From positions 832,001-896,000 of the forward strand of contig CAXXMV010000001.1 of NCBI GenBank assembly GCA_963662285.2: a stretch of 64,000 nucleotides of DNA. Direction: 5' to 3'. Source of the DNA: a bacterium (lineage in GTDB: Bacteria; Hinthialibacterota; Hinthialibacteria; Hinthialibacterales; Hinthialibacteraceae). The position numbers and the translations under genes are program-made. This document shows, in pieces, positions 1 through 10,626 of the stretch. The stretch's first letter is position 1. Every line of letters starts with the position of its first letter. The notes beneath the pieces were generated by a model that was given only the letters and a program-made list of their open reading frames with translations, had not been told where the DNA came from and searched no databases.

Positions 1-948
1 ACTGGGATTTACTCTGTCGAAATTATTATATTTTTTTCCCTTAAAAAGATTCCAAAGTTGATCAAGACTCTTTTCTGATAGAATATTCTCAGAAATGTAG
101 GGAAATTCGATCCTGACATTTGCATCATTTATCGGATTTATTTTTAACTTGATAGAAGAATGTTGATAAATTTTTTCGATTTCTTCTGCTAATGAGCATT
201 CATAATGAAGTTCTTTGGATTCCATCCCGGGTATTTTGATAAAAAAAGATCCAATAATCCAACTCAAGCGAATATGACTCAGTGGTTTAGCAAATGACCT
301 CAAATGTTTTAAGTATGAATGTGACTGATGGAAAGGCAGCCGTTCAATTGAATCATTCTTTATTTTCAATTGTAAGATTTGAGTATACCGCATATCATCC
401 CATACATCATTATCAAATAATTGAAGAAAAATCAGGTTGATATCCTTAAAAGTTTTTATAAGTTTGGGAATACGGAAATAGAAATCAGAGGGGCTGGTCC
501 CTCGAATCCCGGCGTTAATACATTCAATGCTATGGTTGGAATCTTTTTCTATTAATTCGGTAAAACTCTCTTCATGTTCAACTCCAAAGCCCTCAGTAAG
601 AGAATCGCCGATAAATAGACAGCGTAATCCGTTATGCTGCTTATATTTGTAATTCTCTTCATCCCGTAATCCTTTAGAGTTGATTTTGTAATGATTTTGA
701 AATTCCGCAGTTGATGATATGGCGATAGATTCTGTATTGGGAACAAAGCGGACAAATTCCGGGTAACTTGGAAGAGTCATCCCATTCATAGCGAAACAAT
801 CAACTTTTTCGGGGATGTTCAGGTTGGTGTAACGAATAAATATTTCAACTATAACTAGAGAGAAAGTAGTTGATAAACAGACAAGAATAAAATTTATTGA
901 AAAATTCCGTAAACGGTTTATCCAAGGTGATTTTACATTTGTATGCAT
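1..948 (-). CDS. SGNH/GDSL-family hydrolase-like membrane-anchored protein, running off the left edge (partial)
   Basis: Not in the ORF track. Manual translation from ATG at 948 is open to position 1: N-terminal TM (FILVCLSTTFSLVIVEIFIR), INSKGLRD, block I LFIGDSLTEGFGV, block II INAGIRGTSP, block III LQLFDND. Confidence 0.8.
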   Translation of the reverse strand, partial: MHTNVKSPWINRLRNFSINFILVCLSTTFSLVIVEIFIRYTNLNIPEKVDCFAMNGMTLPSYPEFVRFVPNTESIAISSTAEFQNHYKINSKGLRDEENYKYKQHNGLRCLFIGDSLTEGFGVEHEESFTELIEKDSNHSIECINAGIRGTSPSDFYFRIPKLIKTFKDINLIFLQLFDNDVWDDMRYTQILQLKIKNDSIERLPFHQSHSYLKHLRSFAKPLSHIRLSWIIGSFFIKIPGMESKELHYECSLAEEIEKIYQHSSIKLKINPINDANVRIEFPYISENILSEKSLDQLWNLFKGKKYNNFDRVNPS

Positions 949-1143
949 TGTGAATATTATAAGATCGTTAGAGTAGTTTTCATAATAATGTTCTGATTGA
1001 CTTTTTCGAAGACCAAGTGTGATAATAAACAAACATAATTTTGCTAATCGTTCTAATAATAATTTACTAAACTCCAAGGCAGATTATTATCTTCATAACG
1101 CTTTTGATACCTATATTAGCGTTAAGGATTGGATGTTGCATGA

Positions 1144-1662
1144 CTAGAGTGGTTCTTTTGATTGAAGGCCGATCCAATCAATGGAGATATTATCTATGGC
1201 TTTTAGTCGCTCGATCAGTTGGCCTGCGTGGTGTTGTATATGCCTGATATTGATAAACTGAAATTCCATCTTATTGCAAGGATACCACCAGAACCCCGAT
1301 TCCGCTTCCATATCCAATTGAGCCGTTCTGGTTTCGACCTCTTGGCGGCAGAATTGATAATACTCAAGAATATCTTCTTTGCTGTATGGTTCGCCGATTT
1401 TCGGTTCACGATGCGGCGGCCAGGGGAGAGGCCCCATGAATTGGTGCTCATCCCGGTGTTTGATCCAGGCAGTAAACTGTTTGTCAGAATTCTGAAGATA
1501 GAGGTGAGTGAAAAACAGCGTATGGTATGAGATATGCCAGAACTTATTATGATAGGCCGGATCATTCCAGGCGTCATCGGGACATTTGGTGATAGCGTTG
1601 CGCAGCATTTCGAGAGAAACAAGATATTGATCTTTAACAATACTATTAATGTCCATTTTCAT
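1144..1662 (-). CDS. DinB/YfiT-superfamily four-helix protein
   Basis: WHISYH...RHIQHHAGQL metal-binding His pattern; 172 aa. Confidence 0.75.
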   Translation of the reverse strand: MKMDINSIVKDQYLVSLEMLRNAITKCPDDAWNDPAYHNKFWHISYHTLFFTHLYLQNSDKQFTAWIKHRDEHQFMGPLPWPPHREPKIGEPYSKEDILEYYQFCRQEVETRTAQLDMEAESGFWWYPCNKMEFQFINIRHIQHHAGQLIERLKAIDNISIDWIGLQSKEPL

Positions 1663-1749
1663 TCACCCCTCTCACGGTAGGATGTGAAACTTTATCTTGC
1701 ATCAGCATATCGATAGAAGAAACAATTTTAAGTGATTATAGTTTCATTT

Positions 1750-2439
1750 TCATATATCATCCAAGGCAGTTTCCTGCTGCTTTGGAATCAGGCTTTGGCG
1801 TGAGGTTTGGTGAATGGCGCCATCCTGGAAGATGAAGATTTGGTCTGCCAGTTTTATTGCTTCATTGCGGTTATGGGTTATGTGCAGCGTGGTGACTCCG
1901 GTTTCCTGGACGATTTTTTTCAGCAAGCTGCACATATCGTTGCGCGTATCGTAATCCAGTGCGCTGAGCGGTTCGTCCAGACAAAGGATATCCGGTTTAA
2001 AGGCTAACGCCCGCGCCAGAGCGATGCGCTGGCGCTCGCCGCCGCTTAGGCCATGCGGTTTACGATCCAGCAGATGAGTGACGCCTACCGCCTCGGCTAT
2101 TTCATCAACCCGCTCGTAGATGGCTTGGCGTTTCCATTTACGCACGGACAGGGCGAAGCCGATGTTTTTCCGTACTGACATGGTGGTGAAGATAGCGCCT
2201 TCCTGGGGTACGAATCCAATGCCGCGCTCCGCAGGTTTAAGGTTGGTGACATCACGTCCACCGAGATGGATTGATCCACTGGCGACGCGGCGTAAACCGC
2301 AAATGGCTTCGAGGACAGTGGTTTTGCCGCAGCCGGTTTTGCCCATTAAGACGCCGTATTGGCTCTTCTCGATGGTCATGTTGACCTGATGTAATTTGAA
2401 ATGCCCCAAGCGGATGGATAAATCGTTTATAATAATCAT
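1750..2439 (-). CDS. modC: Oxyanion (molybdate/tungstate-type) ABC transporter ATP-binding subunit
   Basis: Walker A GKTGCGKT, signature LSGGERQR, Walker B LCLDEP, H-loop HITH; overlaps the permease gene; no TOBE domain. Confidence 0.8.
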   Translation of the reverse strand: MIIINDLSIRLGHFKLHQVNMTIEKSQYGVLMGKTGCGKTTVLEAICGLRRVASGSIHLGGRDVTNLKPAERGIGFVPQEGAIFTTMSVRKNIGFALSVRKWKRQAIYERVDEIAEAVGVTHLLDRKPHGLSGGERQRIALARALAFKPDILCLDEPLSALDYDTRNDMCSLLKKIVQETGVTTLHITHNRNEAIKLADQIFIFQDGAIHQTSRQSLIPKQQETALDDI

Positions 2440-3383
2440 ACCGCCCCCCGCTGACTTTCGAATGTTTTTCCACCAAACATGCGAACCACCACCAAGACCA
2501 ACACCGCTACGGCCACCATGATGAGGGAGACGGCCAAGGCGCCTTTGACATTACCGATGCCTAATTCGAGAAATACGGAGACAGGCAACACCTCGGTACG
2601 CATACGCACCGAACCGGCGAACACCAGAATCGGTCCAAACTCGCCCAAGGCCCTGGCCCAGGACAGGGTGAAGGCGGTCATGACGCCGCGCCAGGACTGA
2701 GGAAACACTACGCGCCAGAAAGCCTGACCATGGCTGCAACCAAGAGTAAGAGCGACATCTTCATGACGCCGCGATATCTGGTCATAAGTGGCCCGCATAG
2801 TTCGTACAGCGAAAGCGCAGGCAACCAAGAACTGTGCGAGAATAACCGCCGGAATTTGAAAGACTATGCCTAAGTCGCGTCCCAGGATGAGGTTTGATAG
2901 ATAACGGAAGGCATCATCAATAGTGAATGGATCGGATTCGGTTCCACCAATGGGCAGGCCAAAAAGTATCAGCAAACTAAGCCCGATAACCAGGGGAGGC
3001 AGAATGATCGGTATATCGAGTACTGAATCGATCAGGAAACTACCAGGGAATTGATAGCGCGACATCAGGTATCCTATGGGCACGGAAACTATCACGGATA
3101 GAATAGCTGTGATAGTGCAGGTGATAAGACTTAGACGTATGGCGTACTGAATGTTCTGGTCGGACAGCGCGTTGACGAAATCCTGATATTCTATTTTGAT
3201 AATCCCGGCGCCGATCATGGCGACAATGGCCAAGACATATAATGCGCTGGTTAAACCGAAGGCAGTGAAAAAAGGCATATCGCTTTTAACGCGATATGCC
3301 TTGCCGTGTTTCAATTCTGTAGAGATGGCTGGATTATTCTCCGGCTCACCGTGATTTGCAATATTATTGGTCGGATGGTTCAT
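2436..3383 (-). CDS. modB: Oxyanion ABC transporter permease (ModB/NifC-like)
   Basis: DIPIILPPLVIGL, EAA-loop EDVALTLG, WARALGEFG motifs. Confidence 0.85.
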   Translation of the reverse strand: MNHPTNNIANHGEPENNPAISTELKHGKAYRVKSDMPFFTAFGLTSALYVLAIVAMIGAGIIKIEYQDFVNALSDQNIQYAIRLSLITCTITAILSVIVSVPIGYLMSRYQFPGSFLIDSVLDIPIILPPLVIGLSLLILFGLPIGGTESDPFTIDDAFRYLSNLILGRDLGIVFQIPAVILAQFLVACAFAVRTMRATYDQISRRHEDVALTLGCSHGQAFWRVVFPQSWRGVMTAFTLSWARALGEFGPILVFAGSVRMRTEVLPVSVFLELGIGNVKGALAVSLIMVAVAVLVLVVVRMFGGKTFESQRGAV

Positions 3384-4875
3384 TTAATTTAAATTCAAAA
3401 CCGGCTTTTTTGTATCGATCTTCTGTATGTTCCAGCGCGGCGAGAAAACGTTGCAATAGATATTTATGCTTCGACTGCTTGCCTATGGTATAGGTTTGAA
3501 CCGCCACGGCGCCGGAATGGTCTATAGGAACAATGGCGGCGTCTCCCTTTTGGGTCACCAGGGTGGCGTTTGATTCATAGCATAGCGCGGCATCCAGGTT
3601 TCCGGTAAGGATGGGCGCCACTAGAAATTCACCAGTGGGAACCTGGACGGCGATATTACCGGATTTTTGCAGTTTATCCCATTTTCCCATCTCTTGCAGC
3701 ATTTTAACCGTCAGATGCCCCATAGCGCTCTGTTGGGGATTGCCCATACCTACTTTGATGCCCGGCTTGAGTAGATCATCAACAGATTTAATGCGGTCTT
3801 TGAAAGCAGGGGCGACGATAATGACAATATTCATAGATGACACTGCTTTGACGTCAAAAAATAAGTCGGTCACATCCGCCATGAAAGAGGCGTCGCAGGA
3901 ATGGTAAACATCAGGTCTCTGCCCCAGTTTCATTTGTCCTACCAGAATACCGCATCCATTGTAAACCGTATTGAAAAGCACGTTTTCACGTTCGGCAAAC
4001 TCTTTCAGAGTTTCTTCGATGGCGCGTCGATTGACGCCTCCGGCGAAATAGGTAATCTGTGGTTTCTCAGCCCAGGCGTCGCCATCTTCAATGGTCGGCC
4101 ATTGCTTCTCTGCGAATCGTTTCAAGCCCCGGTCACGCGCAGATAGATAGCGGGCGAACTTGAGCGCCTCGGTGGGAGTACGGGAAAAAGATAAAACGCC
4201 GATAGTCACTTGATCGATGAAATCATCGGTTTGGGGAATAGCGATCATCTCCAACTGTTGGCTATATTGCAATACGGTTGAATCCCAGATGAGCCCGACA
4301 TCAACCATGCCCAAGAGCAGATCGTTGGCCACTTCGTTGACGGTTGGTTTGTAGACGCCATTTTTATCGACGCGTGTTTTTACTTTATCCCACAGATTGA
4401 ATTTTTGCAGCAGGGCGACTGAGGCCCGTCCTACTGCAGCTGTTTGGTTAGCCAGAGAGACGACGACATCTTCACGGGCTAAGTCGCTAAGCGTTTTAAT
4501 TTTTTTGGGATTGCCTTTCCTGACCGCAATAACCGGGCGCTGATAGGCGATAGGCATGGCTTCGCGCACCAGACCTTTTTGACGCGCAATGTTAATATGA
4601 TCCTGATCAGCCGCCAGGTACAAGTCGCCCTTCCTGGCTACATCCATGATGCTGATAAGAGCGCCTGAACCCGCCCAGATGGGCTGTACTTCGACGCCGT
4701 ATTCTTTTTTATAATCCTTAATCACATCTTCAACCGCATAACGTATGCCAGCAGCGCAATAGAGGGTTAAGGTTTTAGGTTGAGCCGCGCGGCTGTTGAT
4801 ACCAGTAGAATTAAAGAAAATACATAGCGCCAGAATTCTTACAACATATATGGAACAATATAGAACTCGATTCAT
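3364..4875 (-). CDS. modA: ModA-family substrate-binding protein with two tandem binding domains
   Basis: Signal peptide; two ModA-like units (YCAAGIR..AGSGAL..GDLYLAAD..VRKGNPKKI and YFAGGVNR..NGCGIL..PDVYHSCD..GMGNP); 503 aa, about twice ModA length. Confidence 0.75.
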   Translation of the reverse strand: MNRVLYCSIYVVRILALCIFFNSTGINSRAAQPKTLTLYCAAGIRYAVEDVIKDYKKEYGVEVQPIWAGSGALISIMDVARKGDLYLAADQDHINIARQKGLVREAMPIAYQRPVIAVRKGNPKKIKTLSDLAREDVVVSLANQTAAVGRASVALLQKFNLWDKVKTRVDKNGVYKPTVNEVANDLLLGMVDVGLIWDSTVLQYSQQLEMIAIPQTDDFIDQVTIGVLSFSRTPTEALKFARYLSARDRGLKRFAEKQWPTIEDGDAWAEKPQITYFAGGVNRRAIEETLKEFAERENVLFNTVYNGCGILVGQMKLGQRPDVYHSCDASFMADVTDLFFDVKAVSSMNIVIIVAPAFKDRIKSVDDLLKPGIKVGMGNPQQSAMGHLTVKMLQEMGKWDKLQKSGNIAVQVPTGEFLVAPILTGNLDAALCYESNATLVTQKGDAAIVPIDHSGAVAVQTYTIGKQSKHKYLLQRFLAALEHTEDRYKKAGFEFKLNEPSDQ

Positions 4876-4997
4876 AATACAAGAAACTCCAATTCATTGA
4901 GATAACGAATTATAAACTTTCTCATTATAGAATACAAAATTCCACCAGTGTTAATAGCGTGTTAATAATGCACTATGAATATGCCGATTAGAAGAAA

Positions 4998-6008
4998 TTA
5001 AAACATAACCGGGGCGCCGTTTTTTTGCAGGGACTTTGAAGCGCCTTCGAGAACTTTGACCACCCGCAGACCATCACGCCCATCACTGCGCGGCGTTTGA
5101 CCGGAAAGTATGCAATCGACGAAATGCTGGATTTCGGTGATTAATGGTTCTGATTGGGATACAACGGGAATATGAATAGCTCCATGCCGAACCGAAATAG
5201 CTTCGATGGTATCAGCGCTGGATTTCTTAACCGTGGCGCTTTTGTCATAAATACGGATTTTTTCGCTGGGATGCATATCATCGAAAACGACCATTTTCTC
5301 CGAGCCGACAATTACCAGTTTGCGTTCTTTGTTTGGATCCAGCCATGAAACATGAAACTGCGCCATACGATTTCCAGGGAACATCATGGAGACAAAAACC
5401 ACATCTTCTATAGTTGGTTGGATAGATGCCAGCCCCGTCGCCGAGACCGATTCCGGTTCTAATCCCATAAGATAGAGGATCACCGAGACGTCATGGGGCG
5501 CCAGGGACCATAGGGAATTTTCATCCTGCCGCACTACGCCCAGATTCAAGCGTTTTGAATAAAGATACCTTATCTCTCCCAATTCACCTTGATCAACCAG
5601 GTCTTTTAATTGATTTACGGCGGCATGATACTCCAGCAGGTGACCCACCATCAAGGTGCGATTCAACCGCTCCGCCTCATCCACCAGGGTTTGCGCATCA
5701 CTGGAGGTAAGGGTCATGGGTTTTTCGACGTACACATGCTTGCCCGCCTGAAGCGCTTGCATAGCCATAGAGAAATGCATCGGCGCGGGAGTAGCCAACA
5801 GCACAGCATTGATCTCGTCAGAGTTCAATACCTCTGAATATTCATGATATATTTTTGCGGATGGATAGAGCGCTGAGTATTTCTTCAACTCATCCGGATT
5901 GGAATCGCAAATGGCGGCCAACCGGGCGTTCTTGACGCTACTGGAGACGCGCAGAACATTCTTACCCCACAAACCTAAACCGATGGAAGCTATGTTTATA
6001 TTATTCAT
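4998..6008 (-). CDS. Gfo/Idh/MocA oxidoreductase (WbpB/WlbA-like nucleotide-sugar dehydrogenase type)
   Basis: GLGLWG Rossmann motif, HVYVEKP, LAPHD. Confidence 0.85.
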   Translation of the reverse strand: MNNINIASIGLGLWGKNVLRVSSSVKNARLAAICDSNPDELKKYSALYPSAKIYHEYSEVLNSDEINAVLLATPAPMHFSMAMQALQAGKHVYVEKPMTLTSSDAQTLVDEAERLNRTLMVGHLLEYHAAVNQLKDLVDQGELGEIRYLYSKRLNLGVVRQDENSLWSLAPHDVSVILYLMGLEPESVSATGLASIQPTIEDVVFVSMMFPGNRMAQFHVSWLDPNKERKLVIVGSEKMVVFDDMHPSEKIRIYDKSATVKKSSADTIEAISVRHGAIHIPVVSQSEPLITEIQHFVDCILSGQTPRSDGRDGLRVVKVLEGASKSLQKNGAPVMF

Positions 6009-6178
6009 TTTTCCCCAACAACCTTTTGCGCAAGAGTAAAAATACAGAATGTTTTAGAGACGACAGCTATCATTGTAGCATGGTTGTAGTGTATTATTTA
6101 TAATAATTGAAGCATGACATTAGCAATTATTGTAGAATATTGTGGTTAATATCAGTTTAGAAAAGTGGAGATGGGAAA

Positions 6179-7489
6179 ATGAAAAAGAAAACTAATCGCA
6201 GAAATTTCATTAAAACCGCATCGGCGTTATCGGCCTCAACTTTTATAATTCCCGCCAGCGTGTTGGGTATGGGAAAACAGGCCTCCGCCAATGACCGCAT
6301 CAATGTGGGATGCATCGGGGTTGGTCCGCGTGGGACGGATGGTCTCCGTGGTTTGTTAAAAAATAAAACCTGTCAGGTTACAACGCTATGCGACCTGAAA
6401 AGCAATGTGCTTGAAGAGAAGAAGAACCTTGTCAACGAGTTCTATGAAAATAAAGATTGCCAGACTTATCACGACTTTAACCAGTTAGTCGCCCGTAAGG
6501 ATATCGATGCCTGTCTGGTCGCTACCTGCGACCATTGGCATGTTCTAACCTCGCTGGCGGCGGTTCGTTCTGGCAAAGATGTTTATATGGAAAAACCGAT
6601 GGGGCTGACCCTCGAAGAGGATCAGGTCATGCGCGAGGCAGTTCATAAGCATAAACGGATTTTCCAATTCGGAACCCAGCAGCGTTCAGACGCCAAGTTC
6701 CGCCAGGCATGTGAATTGGTGCGCAATGGCAAGATAGGCGAGCTTAAGTCAATCAATGTTTGGTCGCCGGGTAGTATAGAGGGAGGCGAGTCAACCCAGG
6801 TACCAGCCCCGGAATGGCTTGATTATAATTTCTGGCTGGGACCATCAAAATTCACGCCTTACACAATAGACCGCTGCTCTAACAGCCTGTGGTGGTTTAT
6901 ATCCGATTATGCGCTTGGTTTCATCGCCGGCTGGGGCATCCATCCGATTGATATAGCCCTATGGGGCGCCGAAGATAAATTCGATGGTCCCTGGGAAGTA
7001 GAAGGTACCGGAACATTCCCGACCACCGGCGTTTGCGACACTGCTATGAACTGGAATGTGAAAATAAAGTTAGGCAGCGGAGTAAAGATTAATTTCACCG
7101 GCACGCCCTGCCCTGCTGAATGGTTAAAACGCTATGATGATATGGAAAGCAGTCATGGAACAGCGTTTGAAGGCAGCGAAGGCTGGATTTATGTTAAACG
7201 CGGTGTGATTAAAGCCAGTTCAGAAAGCATATTGAAAGCCAAAATCGATCAGCCATTATACAAGAGCGATAACCATGTCGACAATTTCCTCGATTGCATC
7301 CGCAGCCGCAAAGAAGCCGTCAGTTCGATTGATGCTGCGGTACGCGGTGATACGCTATGTCATATCAGTGATATTGCTATCCGGCGGGAAGAAAAGATGG
7401 TCTTTGATCCCAAGACTGAAAAATTTATCGATAACAATGAAGCCAATAAACGCTTGATGCGCCCCATGCGCGCGCCTTGGCATTTGTAA
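6179..7489 (+). CDS. Tat-exported Gfo/Idh/MocA oxidoreductase
   Basis: NRRNFIK Tat motif, IGVGPRG, DVYMEKP, GTQQRS, WGIHPID. Confidence 0.85.
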   Translation: MKKKTNRRNFIKTASALSASTFIIPASVLGMGKQASANDRINVGCIGVGPRGTDGLRGLLKNKTCQVTTLCDLKSNVLEEKKNLVNEFYENKDCQTYHDFNQLVARKDIDACLVATCDHWHVLTSLAAVRSGKDVYMEKPMGLTLEEDQVMREAVHKHKRIFQFGTQQRSDAKFRQACELVRNGKIGELKSINVWSPGSIEGGESTQVPAPEWLDYNFWLGPSKFTPYTIDRCSNSLWWFISDYALGFIAGWGIHPIDIALWGAEDKFDGPWEVEGTGTFPTTGVCDTAMNWNVKIKLGSGVKINFTGTPCPAEWLKRYDDMESSHGTAFEGSEGWIYVKRGVIKASSESILKAKIDQPLYKSDNHVDNFLDCIRSRKEAVSSIDAAVRGDTLCHISDIAIRREEKMVFDPKTEKFIDNNEANKRLMRPMRAPWHL

Positions 7490-7518
7490 TATTACAGAAT
7501 AGTTATTTCTTATTCATA

Positions 7519-7562
7519 TTGGCCATACCCCAAGCAGTTGCTGGAGCATGGCCAATTTTTTT
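7519..7562. terminator. Hairpin between convergent genes, probable intrinsic terminator
   Basis: ttggccat...atggccaa inverted repeat followed by a T-tract. Confidence 0.55.
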
Positions 7563-7579
7563 GCTCTTTTGATAATTCT

Positions 7580-8491
7580 TTATTTCCAAACAGGTACGCC
7601 TGCGTTTTTCAGTTTGACCATATATAGTCCACGACGGGCGGTAATGAATAGCGTCTGGTTATCCCGGTCGCCGAAGCCGCAATTGGAGGGATTTTCTGGA
7701 ACTATTATTGTTGTAATAAACTTTCCCGATGGACTAAATATTGCTACGCCAGTGCTTGAGGTCGAATACAGGTTGCCAGCCAGATCAACTTTGATGCCAT
7801 CCGGATGAGGCACTTCGGTAAAAACCTTGCCATTTGATAAGTTCCCATCTTTAGCGACGTCAAAGACCCGTACATTTGAATCTGCTGAATCAGCAATATA
7901 TAGCAGTTTCTCATCCGGTGAGAGAGCGATGCCGTTGGGTTTATTGAAATCCTTAATCAGCAAGACAGGTTCTTCTCCAGGCATTACCCGATAGACGCCG
8001 TTAAATGGAATATCGCGTTGCGCTTTATCTGTCAAACCATAATCAGGATCAGTGAAGAAGATCATCCCATCAGAACGAATAGCGCAATCGTTGGGGCTGT
8101 TAAAACGCTTGCCCTCCCATTTATCAGCAATGGAGACGACAGAACCATCCACTTTAGTGATAGAGACGCGGCGGTTTCCATGTTCACAAGCGACCAGATT
8201 ACCTTTTTTGTCAAATGTCAAACCGTTGGAGTTGCCGCAATCGCTGCTCCAGATTTCCGCGCCATTTTTAGCGCTCCATTTATAAATCTTGTTGGGAGGG
8301 ATATCGCTGAACAGCAGATAACCGTCTTTATGCCACACAGGACCTTCGGTAAAATCGAAACCAGCGGCGATCTGCTCTACATCTGAGACGATGATGGAAT
8401 CGGTTTCTGATGCAAATGTCGAGAAAGTGGTTAATCCAAAAAAGATCGAACATACAAGTAGTAATCCAAAATTTCTTCGTGCATTGAACAT
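7580..8491 (-). CDS. SMP-30/gluconolactonase/LRE family beta-propeller, exported
   Basis: Signal peptide; FTEGPVW, SNGL, NSPND, PNGI, PDGI motifs. Confidence 0.9.
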   Translation of the reverse strand: MFNARRNFGLLLVCSIFFGLTTFSTFASETDSIIVSDVEQIAAGFDFTEGPVWHKDGYLLFSDIPPNKIYKWSAKNGAEIWSSDCGNSNGLTFDKKGNLVACEHGNRRVSITKVDGSVVSIADKWEGKRFNSPNDCAIRSDGMIFFTDPDYGLTDKAQRDIPFNGVYRVMPGEEPVLLIKDFNKPNGIALSPDEKLLYIADSADSNVRVFDVAKDGNLSNGKVFTEVPHPDGIKVDLAGNLYSTSSTGVAIFSPSGKFITTIIVPENPSNCGFGDRDNQTLFITARRGLYMVKLKNAGVPVWK

Positions 8492-8543
8492 TTTGTTTCT
8501 CCTTATTTATATACTATTTTTATCGAATTATCTTCTTATTTCG

Positions 8544-8570
8544 CCCTCACTATAAACCTCTCCCGGAGAG
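8544..8570. repeat. Degenerate REP-like element
   Basis: ccctcactataaacctctccc matches the reverse complement of the 41429-41449 element at 18/21 positions. Confidence 0.5.
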
Positions 8571-8613
8571 ATGATCTTCCTAGAGTGGTTTTGAGATATG
8601 TAGGTGATCGCAT

Positions 8614-8646
8614 CAAGGGCTGACCGCAATGCGGTCTTGCCCTTGG
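8614..8646. terminator. GC-rich hairpin downstream of the cyclophilin-like gene
   Basis: caagggc-tgaccgca / tgcggtc-ttgcccttg inverted repeat. Confidence 0.5.
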
Positions 8647-8677
8647 CACCCATGCTATTTATTTATTCCCTGTTTTT

Positions 8678-9046
8678 TTATCTGAGTTTCTTGATCTTGA
8701 TAGACGAAGCGCTTGCATCGCGTAAAATGGTTGCGTCTCCATCTACTTTACCGATCAGAACCACTTCGCTGGCCGCACGGGGACGGTCATCCGTCGACGC
8801 AGGAGTGCGTCCATAAAAGATGCAGAAGGCATGTCCCGGAGGCCAATAGGCCAAGTCGCCGATTTCCATAATCTCCTGTCCAGGTTCTTCCATATCCAAG
8901 TGAACCGGGATGCTGAAATAGATTTCATCGCCCCAGACATTATATGGAAGATCAAAGGGCATGGCGTCATAGATGGCTTGAGCGGTTGCATTATCTTCAA
9001 GGGTTGCTGACAATACTGCATCCCCGACCGTGATTTGAATTGTCAT
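8678..9046 (-). CDS. Cyclophilin-like fold protein (DUF369/TM1367 type)
   Basis: WGDEIYF, GDLAYWPPGHAFCIFYGRTP motifs. Confidence 0.85.
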   Translation of the reverse strand: MTIQITVGDAVLSATLEDNATAQAIYDAMPFDLPYNVWGDEIYFSIPVHLDMEEPGQEIMEIGDLAYWPPGHAFCIFYGRTPASTDDRPRAASEVVLIGKVDGDATILRDASASSIKIKKLR

Positions 9047-9058
9047 GGCGATGTTTCC

Positions 9059-10606
9059 TTATTTCTTTTCGGGGCCATCCAGAACAATTGCCTTATCAAC
9101 ATAAATCATGCAATCCTCAGAAACAGGTTGCTTATTTCCAGTGACTACGACGGTGATGGTATGCTTGCTTCTGGGCAATCCCATTACATGGTAAATGCTT
9201 TCAGCGCCCTTGCTGCGCTCATAATAGAGATTAATCGAACGTTTTTTGGCGCCATCCAGATAGACGTCGGCGATACCGGCATCTTTATTATATGAACCAA
9301 GAACCAAGGCGCCGGTTCCTTCAAAGGTAAAGGTTGCTTTTGCGCCGGTCTGATTGGATATCATGGCGCCGTTTTTCTTTCGCCAATCGCCTTGCCATGA
9401 GAAAGCCGGCTGATCTTCTTGAACTACCGCTACGGGTTGATCCTGTTCCCACTGTTCTAGTTTGGCGGGGATGGGCTGCTGAATGGCTACTTTAATCTGA
9501 TCCCGGTCGATTGAACCGCCTTGTTGAACAATTAATTTTTTGGCGCGTTTAAGAGTGCTTTGGCAGATTTCAGCAAAAGAGTAATCGGTATAACTAAATT
9601 TTTCATCTTTAATTGCTTCGATCTCAGTTGTCCATTGTTCAGGAAGATTGTCATAACCCAGAACGATGCCGAGAACGCCAGCCGCGCTGGCCGGATTGCA
9701 ATCAGAATCCTGACCGCACATGGTTGAGATGTTGATGGTTTTTTCCAAGTCGCCTTCTCCATAGAGAAGACCGATTGCGATATAAGCGCCATTGGTTTTG
9801 GCATCTATATCAAAGTTATTCTTTACACCTTGGGAACATAGGTCGCGGTTAGCCCATTTGTCCTCAAACAACTGCCAGGTTTTCTGCCAATCAGTCGGGT
9901 GTTGTTTACTCCATTCGACGACATCAACAAGACAACGGGCGTATTCACTTTCTGCAGGCAAGGCATCGATACCCGCTTGAACGATTTTCTTGACGTCATT
10001 TTCGAAATATGCAACTGAGTACATGGCGCATACGAACATGCCGCCATATACGCCGTCACCGTAATTCATGACATGACCAATGCGGTCGCAGAAGAAATTT
10101 GATGAAGCGGGCATTCCTGGGCACATCAATCCGATAAAATCGGCCTCTATCTGGAAATCGATATCATCAGCATGTATATTATAAAGAGGATGCCCGGACT
10201 GTGGTGGAAGGATGCCATTACGGCAATTTTGACGGCCAATAAAATTAGCGTGCCACAACCGGTATTTGCTTCTGGCGAATGCCTGTCCATAGGAAACCGC
10301 CGGAGCATCAAGCCCTTCGACATCCATGACCTCAGCAAAGGTCATGTCGACATACAAATCATCCTGATTAATAGCGCTGCGCACTGAAGATGGATTCCAC
10401 TCGATTGGTTTATCATAGGTCTGCGCCTGTGCGCGAAACTCGGTCGGTCCGCCAACCGCCACGCCAATCATTTGTCCGGCCCAACCACCGCGGATTTTAT
10501 TGAGTAAATCCGCTTCAGTGATAACATGAGTTGAATCTGCACTGAAAGAAAGCGAGGCCCCAATAAAGGTCAAACAAAATATTACGCCGAAATAGAAATT
10601 ACGCAT
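9059..10606 (-). CDS. Exported ADP-ribosylglycohydrolase-family protein with C-terminal beta-sandwich domain
   Basis: Signal peptide; GGWAGQMIG, QDDLYVD, GQDSDCNP acidic motifs; C-terminal ATFTFEGT..DVYLDG..HTITVVVTG carbohydrate-binding-like fold. Confidence 0.8.
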   Translation of the reverse strand: MRNFYFGVIFCLTFIGASLSFSADSTHVITEADLLNKIRGGWAGQMIGVAVGGPTEFRAQAQTYDKPIEWNPSSVRSAINQDDLYVDMTFAEVMDVEGLDAPAVSYGQAFARSKYRLWHANFIGRQNCRNGILPPQSGHPLYNIHADDIDFQIEADFIGLMCPGMPASSNFFCDRIGHVMNYGDGVYGGMFVCAMYSVAYFENDVKKIVQAGIDALPAESEYARCLVDVVEWSKQHPTDWQKTWQLFEDKWANRDLCSQGVKNNFDIDAKTNGAYIAIGLLYGEGDLEKTINISTMCGQDSDCNPASAAGVLGIVLGYDNLPEQWTTEIEAIKDEKFSYTDYSFAEICQSTLKRAKKLIVQQGGSIDRDQIKVAIQQPIPAKLEQWEQDQPVAVVQEDQPAFSWQGDWRKKNGAMISNQTGAKATFTFEGTGALVLGSYNKDAGIADVYLDGAKKRSINLYYERSKGAESIYHVMGLPRSKHTITVVVTGNKQPVSEDCMIYVDKAIVLDGPEKK

Positions 10607-10626
10607 TTATCCATCTCCTATAATTC

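Noticed and set aside
552-755. 67-aa minus-strand ORF from the track
   Set aside because: It is an alternative frame inside the longer SGNH-like ORF (948 to the window edge).
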